A stretch of DNA of 64,000 bases from a virus, in IMG/VR virus record IMGVR_UViG_3300010401_000005, positions 6,113 through 70,112 of that record. The stretch is one strand, 5' to 3'. The notes beneath the pieces are model-generated. The model worked only from the letters and a program-made list of their open reading frames with translations. It had not been told where the DNA came from and did no database searches. The stretch's first letter is position 1. Each line of letters begins with the position of its first letter. This document shows, in pieces, positions 18,969-29,038 of the stretch. Both the position numbers and the translations under genes were made by a program.

Positions 18969-19454
18969 CTAAGCCGCCCTCCGTCCTTCCGTCACATCCT
19001 CACATTCAGGCACGAAACCGACAAGTCTTCTGGGCATGTAAAACTCAGCCGTTCCGGTCAAGTCTCCGAGCGCACATTCCAATTCCCAACAAGCGTTTTC
19101 GATCTTATCAATAAACGCCTGCCGATACTGCTTCTCTTGCCACCCTCCCCGGAACCGCTTGAAATCTTGTCGGAGGGTATGCAGGCGTAGGTAGTAGGAA
19201 TTGATTTGTGCCTGCACCAACAGCACCAACCCGGAAAGGTGCTTACAAAGTCCGAAGCGTTTGAAGCAAGTACACTCGCAGGTTTTCATGCCGCGTGTCT
19301 CGATGGTGTAATTGCTTTCCGGGCGGTCGAGGTTGAAGACGCGGAACAGTCCGTCACCTGTTACGAGTTCACAGCGATAACCGTCTTGGAATAGTCGATT
19401 GGCGTTGCGCTGGATGGTCTGCATTGTGGTTGCGGGAATAAGTTGATTTGACAT
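18969..19454 (-). CDS. SWIM zinc-finger protein
   Basis: CxC...CKH (TCECTCFKRFGLCKHL); GAGGAGG RBS. Confidence 0.75.
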   Translation of the reverse strand: MSNQLIPATTMQTIQRNANRLFQDGYRCELVTGDGLFRVFNLDRPESNYTIETRGMKTCECTCFKRFGLCKHLSGLVLLVQAQINSYYLRLHTLRQDFKRFRGGWQEKQYRQAFIDKIENACWELECALGDLTGTAEFYMPRRLVGFVPECEDVTEGRRAA

Positions 19455-19484
19455 TTGAATTGTCCTCCTCTCTTCTTATTCCAC

Positions 19485-19513
19485 ATTATAACACGATACG
19501 TTAAATAACACAA
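19485..19513 (-). promoter_or_regulatory. sigma70 promoter
   Basis: TTGTGT-17bp-TATAAT with extended TGn. Confidence 0.7.
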
Positions 19514-19543
19514 TAGGTTAAACGGATTATTTTGAAAATACTT

Positions 19544-20311
19544 TCAGTCCATCGCGCAACGGTCGCAACCCATGTCAAACGAAAAGGCCGGTTCTGCGCC
19601 TGCGAGTTTCCTGCGTCCCTTGCGGCTCGGCACCTTGTCCGAAAGCGCAAGGTCAATGAGTTTTGGGCCGTCCTGCATCCATCTCAGCCCATGCGTAACC
19701 TCAAACGTTGCCGCTTCTGCGAACCCCTCCGGGAAGTGGTAAGCGTATGCAATCCAGTCCGCTTCTCGAAAGTTCTTGCATGGCATACAGTTCGCGTGTT
19801 GAAAGTGCTGATAGACACGCGGTGGCTTTACGTTGTGTTGGGCAAAGTATCCGAAGCATTGCGCCTTATCTACTTGCCATTCGATCAGATCAAACTTGAC
19901 GCTGATGTGCTTGTATTCCCAATGCTCCATAACCTTGTCGGCACGGTGTTGCTCGTTGCGGTCGTAACCAATGTGAACAACCGCAGGAATTCCTTTGCTC
20001 TCAAAGTTCTCATGCAGCCATGCACGGGACGGAATGATTTTGAAGGCGAGGGAGCAAGGCGATAACTGACGGGCAGGTATCATTTTCTGCTTTGCAAACC
20101 ATTCCCACAAGTCCATTCCGTTCGACGCGTCCGCAATCTCAAAACCCCACCGATCTGCAACTTCATGCCCGAATCGGTAGGTGTCTACATCCTCTCTTTT
20201 CGTATCTGAAAAGAGAGGAATGGGCTTGCGGCATTCGTCTTGCAGGCGGCAGGTGATGTACGCCGAACAAATGCCCATGCTGAAGAAAACTATGTCCTGC
20301 GGTTCGGTCAT
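19544..20311 (-). CDS. PAPS-reductase/PP-loop-like protein
   Basis: FSMGICS (PP-loop variant), DT..ED.DTYRF, CS..FK, IGYD, HANCMPC. Confidence 0.7.
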   Translation of the reverse strand: MTEPQDIVFFSMGICSAYITCRLQDECRKPIPLFSDTKREDVDTYRFGHEVADRWGFEIADASNGMDLWEWFAKQKMIPARQLSPCSLAFKIIPSRAWLHENFESKGIPAVVHIGYDRNEQHRADKVMEHWEYKHISVKFDLIEWQVDKAQCFGYFAQHNVKPPRVYQHFQHANCMPCKNFREADWIAYAYHFPEGFAEAATFEVTHGLRWMQDGPKLIDLALSDKVPSRKGRRKLAGAEPAFSFDMGCDRCAMD

Positions 20312-20535
20312 GCTTTTATTCCTTCTTCAGCAGGATCGCACAGGAAGTCAATCCACGACACGCCGTAAAGTTGCGCCATGCGTTGCAGCATCTCAGGAGA
20401 GACGTTCCTGCCCGACTCTGCGCGGCTCAGAGACGCCTGCAAAATGTTGAGGCGTTCGGCGGCTTCCTTCTGGGACAGTCCTGCTTTTATCCGTGCCTGC
20501 ACGATGTTGTTCGGTTTAATCCATGTCTTTTTCAT
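20308..20535 (-). CDS. XRE-family HTH regulator (apparently leaderless)
   Basis: ARIKAGLSQKEAAERL.I.QASLSRAESG. Confidence 0.88.
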   Translation of the reverse strand: MKKTWIKPNNIVQARIKAGLSQKEAAERLNILQASLSRAESGRNVSPEMLQRMAQLYGVSWIDFLCDPAEEGIKA

Positions 20536-20541
20536 GGTAAG

Positions 20542-20570
20542 ATTTTAACACGTCCGGTAAAGAATGTCAA
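20542..20570 (-). promoter_or_regulatory. sigma70 promoter 6 nt upstream of XRE ATG
   Basis: TTGACA-17bp-TAAAAT-CTTACC-ATG. Confidence 0.8.
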
Positions 20571-20647
20571 GTATCCCCTTCTACTTCTGATTGGGGCCGT
20601 TGGTGGGGGAAGTTGGGGAAAAAATTACTCCGTGTCACGTCAACGGC

Positions 20648-22398
20648 CTATTTCACATAATACGTATATCGCCCTTGCCGTGACCGCTTCACCACGCCTA
20701 ACCCCGCGCACTCAGGACAGCGTATCCGTGCAAGCCGGACCTCCTTACTCGCTGTCGTCAACATAGGTAGATCGGGCGGATTGACCGGGACGAACTTGCG
20801 GACGCGCCCCGCGCCTCGGCATTTACGACAGGGCATGGTGTCAAGATCCATCATTCTTCCTTCCATCGCCCCGTCGCCCTCAAAGCGCACTCCACAAATC
20901 GAATTGGTGTCACGTCAAAAGTCATCTTGACGGCGCGGAACCAATCCCAATCGCTGCCATTGGGGAACAGGATGCGAATGAACTTGATGAAGTCGCCGGA
21001 AGCGCAGAGGGCTTTCCAGAGTTCGGGAATCGCATTACGATCTTGACAAAACTTTGGAGCCATTATAGCCCATACTATATCTTCCCTTAACACAAGCGAC
21101 TGCCCCTTAATCGGTATGCCGTCCTTGCACATCAAAACGGCAGGTTCAAAGGATGGACTGGGTATCACGCTATAGCCACAAATGGTGGCGGCTTCACGGT
21201 TCATCTCGTTGGTATTCACCCTGATTCCCCTTTCTGTTCCTGCCCCTCCTGCCGACGAAATAGGTAATCAGATCCGCCTGCAAGGGTTGCATCATCTTGC
21301 CATTTCTGCCAGGTTTTGCCGCCGTCCGTGCTGTACTCCATCCGCAGAGTTTCCGTTTCCTGCGTGGTCGTGGCGGTCATTGTGGGGCTGTTGGCGAGGA
21401 CTTCTGCTGCCCATCTCTGCACTGACGTTAACGCACCGCAAGCCGTTTCCAAGTTCAAGAATATCTCTTTCGTCTCCGGTTTCATTTCTTCGTAGGGCGT
21501 CACTGTTTGTTGGGAGTAGGCAGAGATTTCTTTGAGGCGAACTGTGGCGCATTGGCCTATCATCTGGAGGGCTTCGGTGAGTTCTTCCACCCTCGCAAGC
21601 AGCGCCTGCTTCTCATACACCAATCTGACATTGTGCGCTTCGATCTCATCAGGCGCCATTACCAGCATAGACTCCCAGCGCGCATTCATCTCCCGTTCGG
21701 ATTCGGATTCCGTCAGCATCTCCAATGCCGCCAACATATCTGTCAAGTACATTCCCCTGAGTTTGTCTGCATACTCGGCTGCCGTGCCAGCGACAACGGT
21801 TTCCTTCACGCTATCCAGATGTTCGTGGAGTTGATTGGCACGCGCTTTTCGTTCTTCGGTATTCATTCTGCTATCTCCTCATGGCATGGTCGTGGTCCCA
21901 ACGCCTTCTGAATAAGCGCGAACCATTCCTTAAGCAAATCAACTTCATCCGCTGTCATGTTCGGCGGTAGGGAAAGGTATGCCATGCGTCCATGATAAAG
22001 CGGCAGAGTGAAAGTGTTGTTTTCAGATGGTACGCCCTGCGCTTTCGTCAGCAAGATAGCACGGCGAAGTTCTTGTAGCGTGGTCTCTACTCTATTCAGG
22101 CGGCTTAAGATGGTGTCTAGTTGGTCTTTGTTGGTCATTCTGTTGTTTCCTTTTCTGCACTTCTTGGTCTCCCTCTCCTCCGTTTCGGCGTGTTTTTTAC
22201 TGAGGCTTTCTGCTTCATTGTTGCCGACACGATAATGGTCTGCCCGTAATGCGTCTTCTTTTCACTACTGAAATTGCTCGGGTCTATTCTTTGAAGATCA
22301 CACATGAGGTCATAAAGCAGGCGCACTTCAGCCTCGATTCGCGCTTTTAATCGAACGGATTGTTGTTCATCAGATGTCATCTGGTATTGATCCTCCAT
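20648..22398 (-). CDS. five coupled early genes (20648-20854 Zn-finger; 20851-21219 phage ABA-sandwich-like; 21216-21866; 21863-22138; 22135-22398)
   Basis: ATGA/GTGA overlaps; CRKCRGAG/CPECAGLG motifs; EMN.EAA...ECAL pattern. Confidence 0.65.
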
Positions 22399-22451
22399 TC
22401 TTTGTCTATCCCTCTTCGCACCCTTCTTCCCGGTGATGGGGAAATGGGGTG

Positions 22452-22757
22452 TTATTCATTGGTCTGTTTGTTCTTACGTTCCTCCCATCGCTTTTTCATT
22501 AGTTCAGACCGCGCCTTTTTTCTTTCCTCCGTCCACGGCGTAGATCGTGCAGATTTTAGATTTTCTGCGTTCGCGTCAGATTGTTTCTGTGTAACACGGT
22601 GGGAGAATTTCCGAAACTGTTCAACATCTGAACGCTTGAGCATCGGACCCCGTAAGCATGTCGCTTCAATACGTCCCTCTCTAATGGCAGCACGTACTCC
22701 CGCCGTCGTCATGCCTATGATTTCAGCGGCTTCTTTGATTGTCAGATAGTTTTCCAT
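22452..22757 (-). CDS. excisionase-like (HTH_17) DNA-binding regulator, leaderless
   Basis: YLTIKEAAEIIGMT...VRAAIREGRIEA; ATG 6 nt after TATAAT. Confidence 0.8.
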   Translation of the reverse strand: MENYLTIKEAAEIIGMTTAGVRAAIREGRIEATCLRGPMLKRSDVEQFRKFSHRVTQKQSDANAENLKSARSTPWTEERKKARSELMKKRWEERKNKQTNE

Positions 22758-22762
22758 ATCTC

Positions 22763-22830
22763 TATTATACACCTTCTTTGAAAAATAATCAAACATTTTC
22801 TTGACATCTATTAAAAGAAGGTGTATAATA
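22763..22830. promoter_or_regulatory. back-to-back sigma70 promoters sharing a 17-bp inverted repeat
   Basis: plus: TTGACA(22801)-17-TATAAT(22824); minus: TTGATT-17-TATAAT; IR TATTATACACCTTCTTT / AAAGAAGGTGTATAATA. Confidence 0.88.
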
Positions 22831-22865
22831 AGTTATCGAACAAACGAGACGAGGGATTACTCAAA

Positions 22866-24643
22866 ATGACCACATGGCAATGTAAAAATTGTGAAGGAAG
22901 CGGAAAACTTAAAGTTCGTGATGGTGAACGCGAACGCGAATTGATTAACGGCACCTTGCAGTTTAAAGAGTTCCCGTGCCGCGCCTGTGCCGGATCTGGA
23001 ATAGTAGACGACAAACAGCATGGTATCCAGATGCGCGGCGTTCATGCCTTCCAATCCGCCGCATTAAAAGCGGGCCGATCCACCGTAGTAAGATTTATCC
23101 CGAAACAGATAAGCGAATAGATCCGCCACAGAGCCGGAGTAAAGTCACACCAGGGGACGCACAATCCCCCTTTTCCCCTGATGGGATGAATAGAGAGGAG
23201 ATTAGAAGACAATGAACCGAGTAAAGATGTCACAGGATACTTCCCCGCGAGAGCGCAACGTTTACCGTATCAAGGAGACGATTGCAACGCTGGAGAGGCA
23301 GATTGCAGACCTCGTATCTTGCGAGGAGAAGGGCATCCTCTCCAGAACCGGGCGTCGGCAGTTACATCAATACCGGATGCAGGTTATCGAACTGAAAGAG
23401 ACGTTTGAGGAGTAAGCACACAGAGAGGAGGAAAGACCTGATTTCTGTATGTGTGGAATGTAGGGGAAAGGGGAAAAGAAGATGGGACCGAAGAAGTCAC
23501 GGGGGCAAGTGGAACATCTGAAACGGTGCTGGCTGGCAGATCCTTGTTTTGATCTCTACGCCGAAGAAGGCTTTGAAGAGTATCGCAAAGAACTGACAGA
23601 CTTCCAACGAAAACAGGAATTACTGTGGAAGGCGGAAGAGGAAGGACGGCGGCGGGAAAGAGCGCGAAAGATGGGAATACCTGACAACCTCGAACTCGCA
23701 GACTATATCCGACTACTGGAGCATCGCATTACACAGTTAGAACAGAAGGTAGGAATCTGAAATGCCAAAGTTCACAGAAATTGCCACCACCACCGAACGC
23801 CACCCAAACGCACCGCCCGCATGGTGGGTTCTAAATGCCCCTCGTCCTCTGTATGGCACGATACACGTCAGCGGCAATGATGCATTTACCTGGACAGGTC
23901 CATTCGTCGAAGGCATTCACTACGCCGCGATAGATCCCACCGACCCGGAAGCCTCCCGGTGGTTGGAGGAGAACCGGCGTCTAGGGGCTGTGCTGCTCAG
24001 GTATGTGACAGAGGATGAGATAGCGGAATGGGCGGGGGGGTATTGCCATCCGGTTCCTGTGGAGGAGTTCACGGAAGCGGATTTACGACAGGCGTTCTTT
24101 GCGTTGTGTGGGCGAAGGGAGGTTGAAATCGGATGACGGATGAGTACGCCGAATGGCTGAAAAGTTTGAAGGTTGATGACGCCGTTGCGGTTTCTTCTCG
24201 CTATGGCTACTCCATCAGTAAGATTGTCTCTATGACTGCTACACAGATCACCGCAGGCAGCACGCGGTATCAGAAGAAAGACGGACAACAGATCGGAGGA
24301 GACAGGTGGTATCCGTCACATCTTACTCCCATCACCGAGGAAATCCGTGCCGAAGTCAAACACGCTCGATTGCTTTCTGCCGTTCGCGGCGTGAAGTGGG
24401 AGACGTTGACCACGGAGCAGATTGAACGGGTTGTCGGTATCACAAAGGAGAAACAGGGCAATGAATGAAACCGCGCCCGAACAAGCAATAACTCTCCTCA
24501 ATGATCTCCTGACAGCCGCCTACCTCGTCGCACGCTTTGAACGAAAAGCCGACGAGAAACTGCTAAACGAGGAGATAACGAGAGTGTTTGAGAAGTTGGC
24601 GGGCAGAAAACCGAGGAAGGAAGAATTGGAGCAAATCGGATGA
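22866..24643 (+). CDS. six small rightward early genes (22866-23120 Zn-finger, 23212-23415, 23482-23760, 23762-24136, 24133-24468, 24461-24643)
   Basis: contiguous plus-strand ORFs with RBSs downstream of the divergent promoter. Confidence 0.65.
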
Positions 24644-25362
24644 AGTCAATATTACTTAACTCCCGTGAAGTACGCGGCATCCTGTCGGGCAATGTGAGGC
24701 TGTTGCTCCGACCACTCAAAAAACAGCCGTACCCGAGCAGAACGAATCCGCCCCATTTTAGCGACACGGAACCGGGGGATTTGTTCGTCTGCCCTGACAT
24801 CTTCCCCACTACCGACAAACCAGGTTTTGTGCTTACCCTCTGTGAGTCGAAGGGGACGTATCACTACATGGGGCAGAAGGCATTTACGGAGAAGTTTTGT
24901 CCGTGGGGAGGTGAAGGCGCGGAGGTTTGCGGCAAAGAAACCTTCTTCGCTACAGAGTACCCAAACAAGCCACTTTTGCCGGGTGCTATTGTGACGTTGA
25001 GCGGTTGGGCGCATGTTTCCTATCGCGCCGATTCGGATAAGTGGATGCGAGAGGCAAGCGCATGGAAGCCTGCACAAACGATGAAGCAGGAATATAGCCG
25101 CCTGCATTTACGCCTTCTCTCCGTCCGTGTAGTGAGGCTCAACGATGTCTCTGAGGAAGAGGCTATCGCGGCAGGCATAGAACGGTTTCCGATTCGTTAC
25201 CACCATGCGCCGGGTTTCGTGTGGGGAGTGGATAGAGAAACCGCTTATGCAGACAATGCGACAGGAGGTTTGCGGGCGGTATGGGGGAAGGAATACCCGA
25301 CGTTACCATTTGAAAAAACATGGATATGGATGCTCGGTATTAAGAGGATAGAGGCAAAATGA
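24640..25362 (+). CDS. ASCH/PUA-like phage protein
   Basis: V..IL.G....RP.K, CPWG..G, KETF, YRAD, WKP...M....SRL.L....VRV.RL.D.SEEEA.A.G. Confidence 0.75.
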   Translation: MKSILLNSREVRGILSGNVRLLLRPLKKQPYPSRTNPPHFSDTEPGDLFVCPDIFPTTDKPGFVLTLCESKGTYHYMGQKAFTEKFCPWGGEGAEVCGKETFFATEYPNKPLLPGAIVTLSGWAHVSYRADSDKWMREASAWKPAQTMKQEYSRLHLRLLSVRVVRLNDVSEEEAIAAGIERFPIRYHHAPGFVWGVDRETAYADNATGGLRAVWGKEYPTLPFEKTWIWMLGIKRIEAK

Positions 25363-26664
25363 AACCATGTACAAGAGTCCGTATTCTCATCGGTTCATAT
25401 GCAAACACCAACGGGACGGTTATTGATGCAGGACTAAAGAATTCTCAGAATGTGGCCGTCATGCCCGACGAAAAGCAAATATGTTACACGTTAGAAAGAT
25501 ACTGCAAAGAAATTGAAGGAGATGCTCCGCCGACAATGGAGGAGTTGCAGGTGCAGAATGCAGAACTCTACGTTGCGCTTTCGGATCTTGTCACCTTATG
25601 GGTGCAAGATGATGCTTTTGGATATGGGACAGAGGCTGAAACCGTGAAAATTCGTAATGCGCGGGAGGTGTTGGCGAAGTATGCCAGCAAGGAGGAACCA
25701 AAAAGTGGATAACACTCGTGAGATTATCGAAGGCTTGGTTCGTGTGGAAGAATACAACGAACAGTTCCGACAACCGAATCCGAACGGCGGGAATCCTGTC
25801 TGTACCCCACGCCTCGGCAAGCCTCTTCGCCTGAAAGCAGACGGTTCCGGTTATATCAAACCACCCCCTAAACCGGTGATATGTGAGCGCTGCGGGGGCG
25901 TGATAGATACGGAGAATCGCGGGCCTTGTCCTGCGATGCCGAGGTCGGAGAGGTGGGGCGAAGATTGGAAAGGGGAACCGGAAAATGGAAACAACTCAAA
26001 TCCTGCGATGCCTTGAAAACGAACGCAAGACATCCCGCTTTCTCAAGATATGGGGGCGCATTGCTTTAGGCATCCTCGGATTCAACGTCTACGCCCTTCT
26101 GCTAACCCTCTCCACGCACGGCAATGCCTTGTGGTGCCTGCCTGTCAACATCGTAAGCATCGGCATGAGTGTAGCAACGTACCGTTCTCATCTGAAGAAT
26201 GTTCGGCATTGGGAGAAGCGTCACGCGGAATTAATCGAGGAGTTGGACAGGGAATCGGGAGAGCGGTTCACAATGGCGTTGATGCAGAAGCGTGAGGTAT
26301 AATACATCTAATGTCTATCTACGCAACCCTAGCAATCCTAAAAGTCCAACGCCCTTCAAAAGTCGGGGAGGAGCCTTTCGAGTTTGAAGAGGCCTGGTTT
26401 CAAGGCGTCCCCGCCCACATTGACTATACCGGCGAAGCGTGGGCGTTTCTGCCCCCGCCTGTAGATGTGAACGGGCGGATGCGCTGCGTGTTCTGCATCC
26501 TTGCAGATACCGAGAAGGGAACTGAGCGGTGCGGACAAGAGTTTCACGACTGGCTGTTTATCCTATCCGACGAAGAGTATTTTGAGACGCCTTTCTATCA
26601 GATGATGGAGAGGCTTGAAAAAGTGATTGAGGAACGGTTTCCTTCTGGTATGATTGTGGTATAA
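25359..26664 (+). CDS. small hypothetical genes (25359-25712; 25985-26302 two-TM; 26311-26664)
   Basis: contiguous plus-strand ORFs ending before the terminator. Confidence 0.6.
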
Positions 26665-26696
26665 TGTCCTTGATACGAAGTCCCCACCACAGGAAA

Positions 26697-26727
26697 AGAT
26701 ACCCCTCGTTTATGGCGAGGGGTATCT
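26697..26727. terminator. bidirectional terminator between convergent operons
   Basis: 12-bp perfect IR AGATACCCCTCG/CGAGGGGTATCT. Confidence 0.8.
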
Positions 26728-26733
26728 CCTTGT

Positions 26734-27012
26734 CTAAACGTTCTGCGCAACGAGTTGAACCGTCACGTTGACGCCATGCTGATTGTAGGCAAAGAGCGTC
26801 TTCGGTGTGGTTCCCGCCACGACGTTTTGAACGAGCGAGAGCAGTACGGACTGAGGGAAGCCCGGAAACATCTGCATGAGTTGATTGGTCACGTCGTCAT
26901 GGAATGTTGAGTGGCCCAGATCCATCCCCCATATTCTGAATTTGATGTCACCATTGACAATGATATGGGCGACGGCGGTCATGCCCACAGGGGCAGTTGG
27001 TTCGTTTACCAT
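26734..27012 (-). CDS. hypothetical protein
   Basis: AGGAG RBS, 92 aa. Confidence 0.65.
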   Translation of the reverse strand: MVNEPTAPVGMTAVAHIIVNGDIKFRIWGMDLGHSTFHDDVTNQLMQMFPGFPQSVLLSLVQNVVAGTTPKTLFAYNQHGVNVTVQLVAQNV

Positions 27013-27022
27013 TGCGATTCTC

Positions 27023-27190
27023 CTATTTCCCGCTTCCGAAGACTGCCCACCCCAGAAGCCCGATGAGGATGAAGACGGCCAGCGAACTGCCGCCCCACAT
27101 CCTTTGTTCGGCAGGCAGGCGATAGACGCCGAAGCCTCCGAGTAGCAGGCAGATTATAAAGACGATCCAGAACAATAATCCGATTGTGAT
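27023..27190 (-). CDS. small two-TM membrane protein, probable ATC start
   Basis: GGAGG-6nt-ATC ACA ATC GGA TTA; (M)TIGLLFWIVFII...GLLGWAVFG. Confidence 0.65.
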   Translation of the reverse strand: MTIGLLFWIVFIICLLLGGFGVYRLPAEQRMWGGSSLAVFILIGLLGWAVFGSGK

Positions 27191-27257
27191 AGTACACCTC
27201 CCCTTCTTGAGAGAGAAAACCATTTTCTATATCAAAACGCCCGGTGCGTCATATCGC

Positions 27258-27629
27258 CTACAACCACAGAAGGCTAAAGTGGTTTATCGTCAGATGCAGG
27301 GTATTGTCTGCTACGATCATAAGCCACACTGACAACCACGGTGGCATTGCAGACGGGTATCCCGTCGCCTGACAATCCTCCCATTTTGGCGGGTTAGGGC
27401 CGATAGAATTCTTGACGAATACCACATACCGAGCAAGCCTGAATCGGTCAATGAAGAAGTGAGTAATCCAGATAACGAGAACGGCTTTCCATGAACCAAT
27501 GAACAGGAACGGCAGAGAGTAAACCGTTGCATGGGCCAATGCCGCCCAAGAGTTCTTGGTCTTGTTGGTTGCCATGCAATCGGTTTGTGTGATGTAATCG
27601 CCAATCATGTGCAGGATAAGTTGAATCAT
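27258..27629 (-). CDS. DUF3307-like membrane protein
   Basis: H..GDY..QT..MA..K, H...Y, HF.ID, DNTLH. Confidence 0.8.
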   Translation of the reverse strand: MIQLILHMIGDYITQTDCMATNKTKNSWAALAHATVYSLPFLFIGSWKAVLVIWITHFFIDRFRLARYVVFVKNSIGPNPPKWEDCQATGYPSAMPPWLSVWLMIVADNTLHLTINHFSLLWL

Positions 27630-27694
27630 GTCGTGCCTCCTATTTGATAGTTTAGCACGTTCTCTATTGATTGGCTATTAAATAGATCACACCG

Positions 27695-28745
27695 TCAACC
27701 CTTCTCCTTTTTGCGTTCTGGGGGTGAGACGTACCCACGCCGCAAACAGTTCCCCCACGCCTCTGTATACGCTCCCTGCGCCAATCGTGACGCCGACTGC
27801 GCCTCCTTCAAATCCTCCCTCAATCGCGCTTGCGTTTCCATGATTGCATGTACGCGGGCGCGGGCGTTCATTGCGGCGTCTTCGAGTTCATGCAGGCGAG
27901 CAAGCGCGGCAGTTCTTTCGTTCTCCTCGTTCATCCCTGCGGATGCTCCCGGTCATCATTTCTGGTTTCCGCCTCCACTGCCCTCTGTGTCATCGCCGCC
28001 AGCTTCTCCGTCACCCCGTTCGTCTGCTGTTCCACGCGCTTGACTGCCTCATTGCCTGTCTGTGTGAGGGCGTTCCCTTCCTTCAGGTCTTCATGAACAG
28101 CATCTATCTTCGCCGCCGTCTCTATTTTCGCGGCATCGGTTTTGCGTCCATTGCGGAGGGAAACGAGGAAAGCGGCGATGACGGTCAGGAGCGTTCCCAA
28201 CTGGAGCAGGATACCGGGGAGGTTTACAACAAGATCATGGAATTTTGCATCAGACATATTGCCTACTTCCAAACCATGTGAGGAGCGAAGATCCCCAATA
28301 GCGCAACGAGTATCGAGATGACGGAGAGACAGATAGTCAGAAGTTTGCCCATGCCATCGACTTTGGTCTCCAGAACAGCGACACGAACCTCCAGGGCGTT
28401 CTCCTTGTCGGAGACTTCTTTGATTTCCATTCCTCCCCTTTATCGCTTTGATTTCGGCGGTTCACTCTCATTGATCGCCTGGATGAACGCCTTCTGGATC
28501 TTTAGAGGTTGCTCCCTCTGCTCCGCTTTAATTTCTGCTATCTGCGTCTGCATGTTCTGGATGTGATCGTCGGCAAGGGCGGCGCGTACCATCGCCTGAG
28601 TGATTTTATCTGTCTGCTTGTCGATCCGATCCAACACCGTGAGAGTCATACCGGACGCAGCGATGAGGACGCCGATAATACCTATGTAGAACTGAGACAT
28701 GCTCATGGTCGCCGCCTTCGCGCCTTCGGGGGCTGGTGTTGCCAT
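27695..28745 (-). CDS. holin/membrane-like cluster (27695-27934 coiled coil; 27931-28257; 28263-28430 XhlA-like; 28440-28745)
   Basis: three single-TM plus coiled-coil proteins at the end of the late operon; 28263-28430 absent from ORF track (MEIKEVS...LLGIFAPHMVWK). Confidence 0.6.
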
Positions 28746-28764
28746 TTTAGATACTCCTACCCTA

Positions 28765-28861
28765 TTGACAAACGGCATAACTGCCGCTATAATGAGTAAG
28801 AGAATTGTAAACTAATTTTTGTAAGCCTTCCCCCTCTCTTGAAAACGGAGGGGTTCTTTTT
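28765..28861 (+). ncRNA. ~60-nt sRNA defined by consensus promoter and terminator
   Basis: TTGACA(28765)-17-TATAAT(28788); CCCCTCT/GGAGGGG hairpin + TTCTTTTT; no ORF in transcript. Confidence 0.6.
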
Positions 28862-28892
28862 GGCAGTCTGCGATTTATGGTATAATAGTGTT

Positions 28893-29030
28893 AGGGCCGC
28901 TCGGTCATTCCAACACACTCGGACTTTAATCCGTTTCCCTGTGCGATTGCAAGCGCGAGCAGGTATGTGAAAAGATATATCGAGGTATCCAAATAGGTGA
29001 TTCTGTCGCGACTGTCACCCGGCCCCGACC
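28893..29030 (+). ncRNA. ~135-nt structured, tRNA-like small RNA
   Basis: TGGTATAAT(28878-28886); GGGCCG/CGGCCC terminal stem stacked on GGTGA-TTC...-TCACC; internal hairpins. Confidence 0.5.
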
Positions 29031-29038
29031 CTCCTCCT

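Noticed and set aside
26657-26730. Possible further sRNA: TGGTATAATGTCC (identical to 46322-46334) followed by a terminator
   Set aside because: TATAAT overlaps a GTA-TAA gene end, there is no -35, and the hairpin is explained as the convergent terminator; too weak
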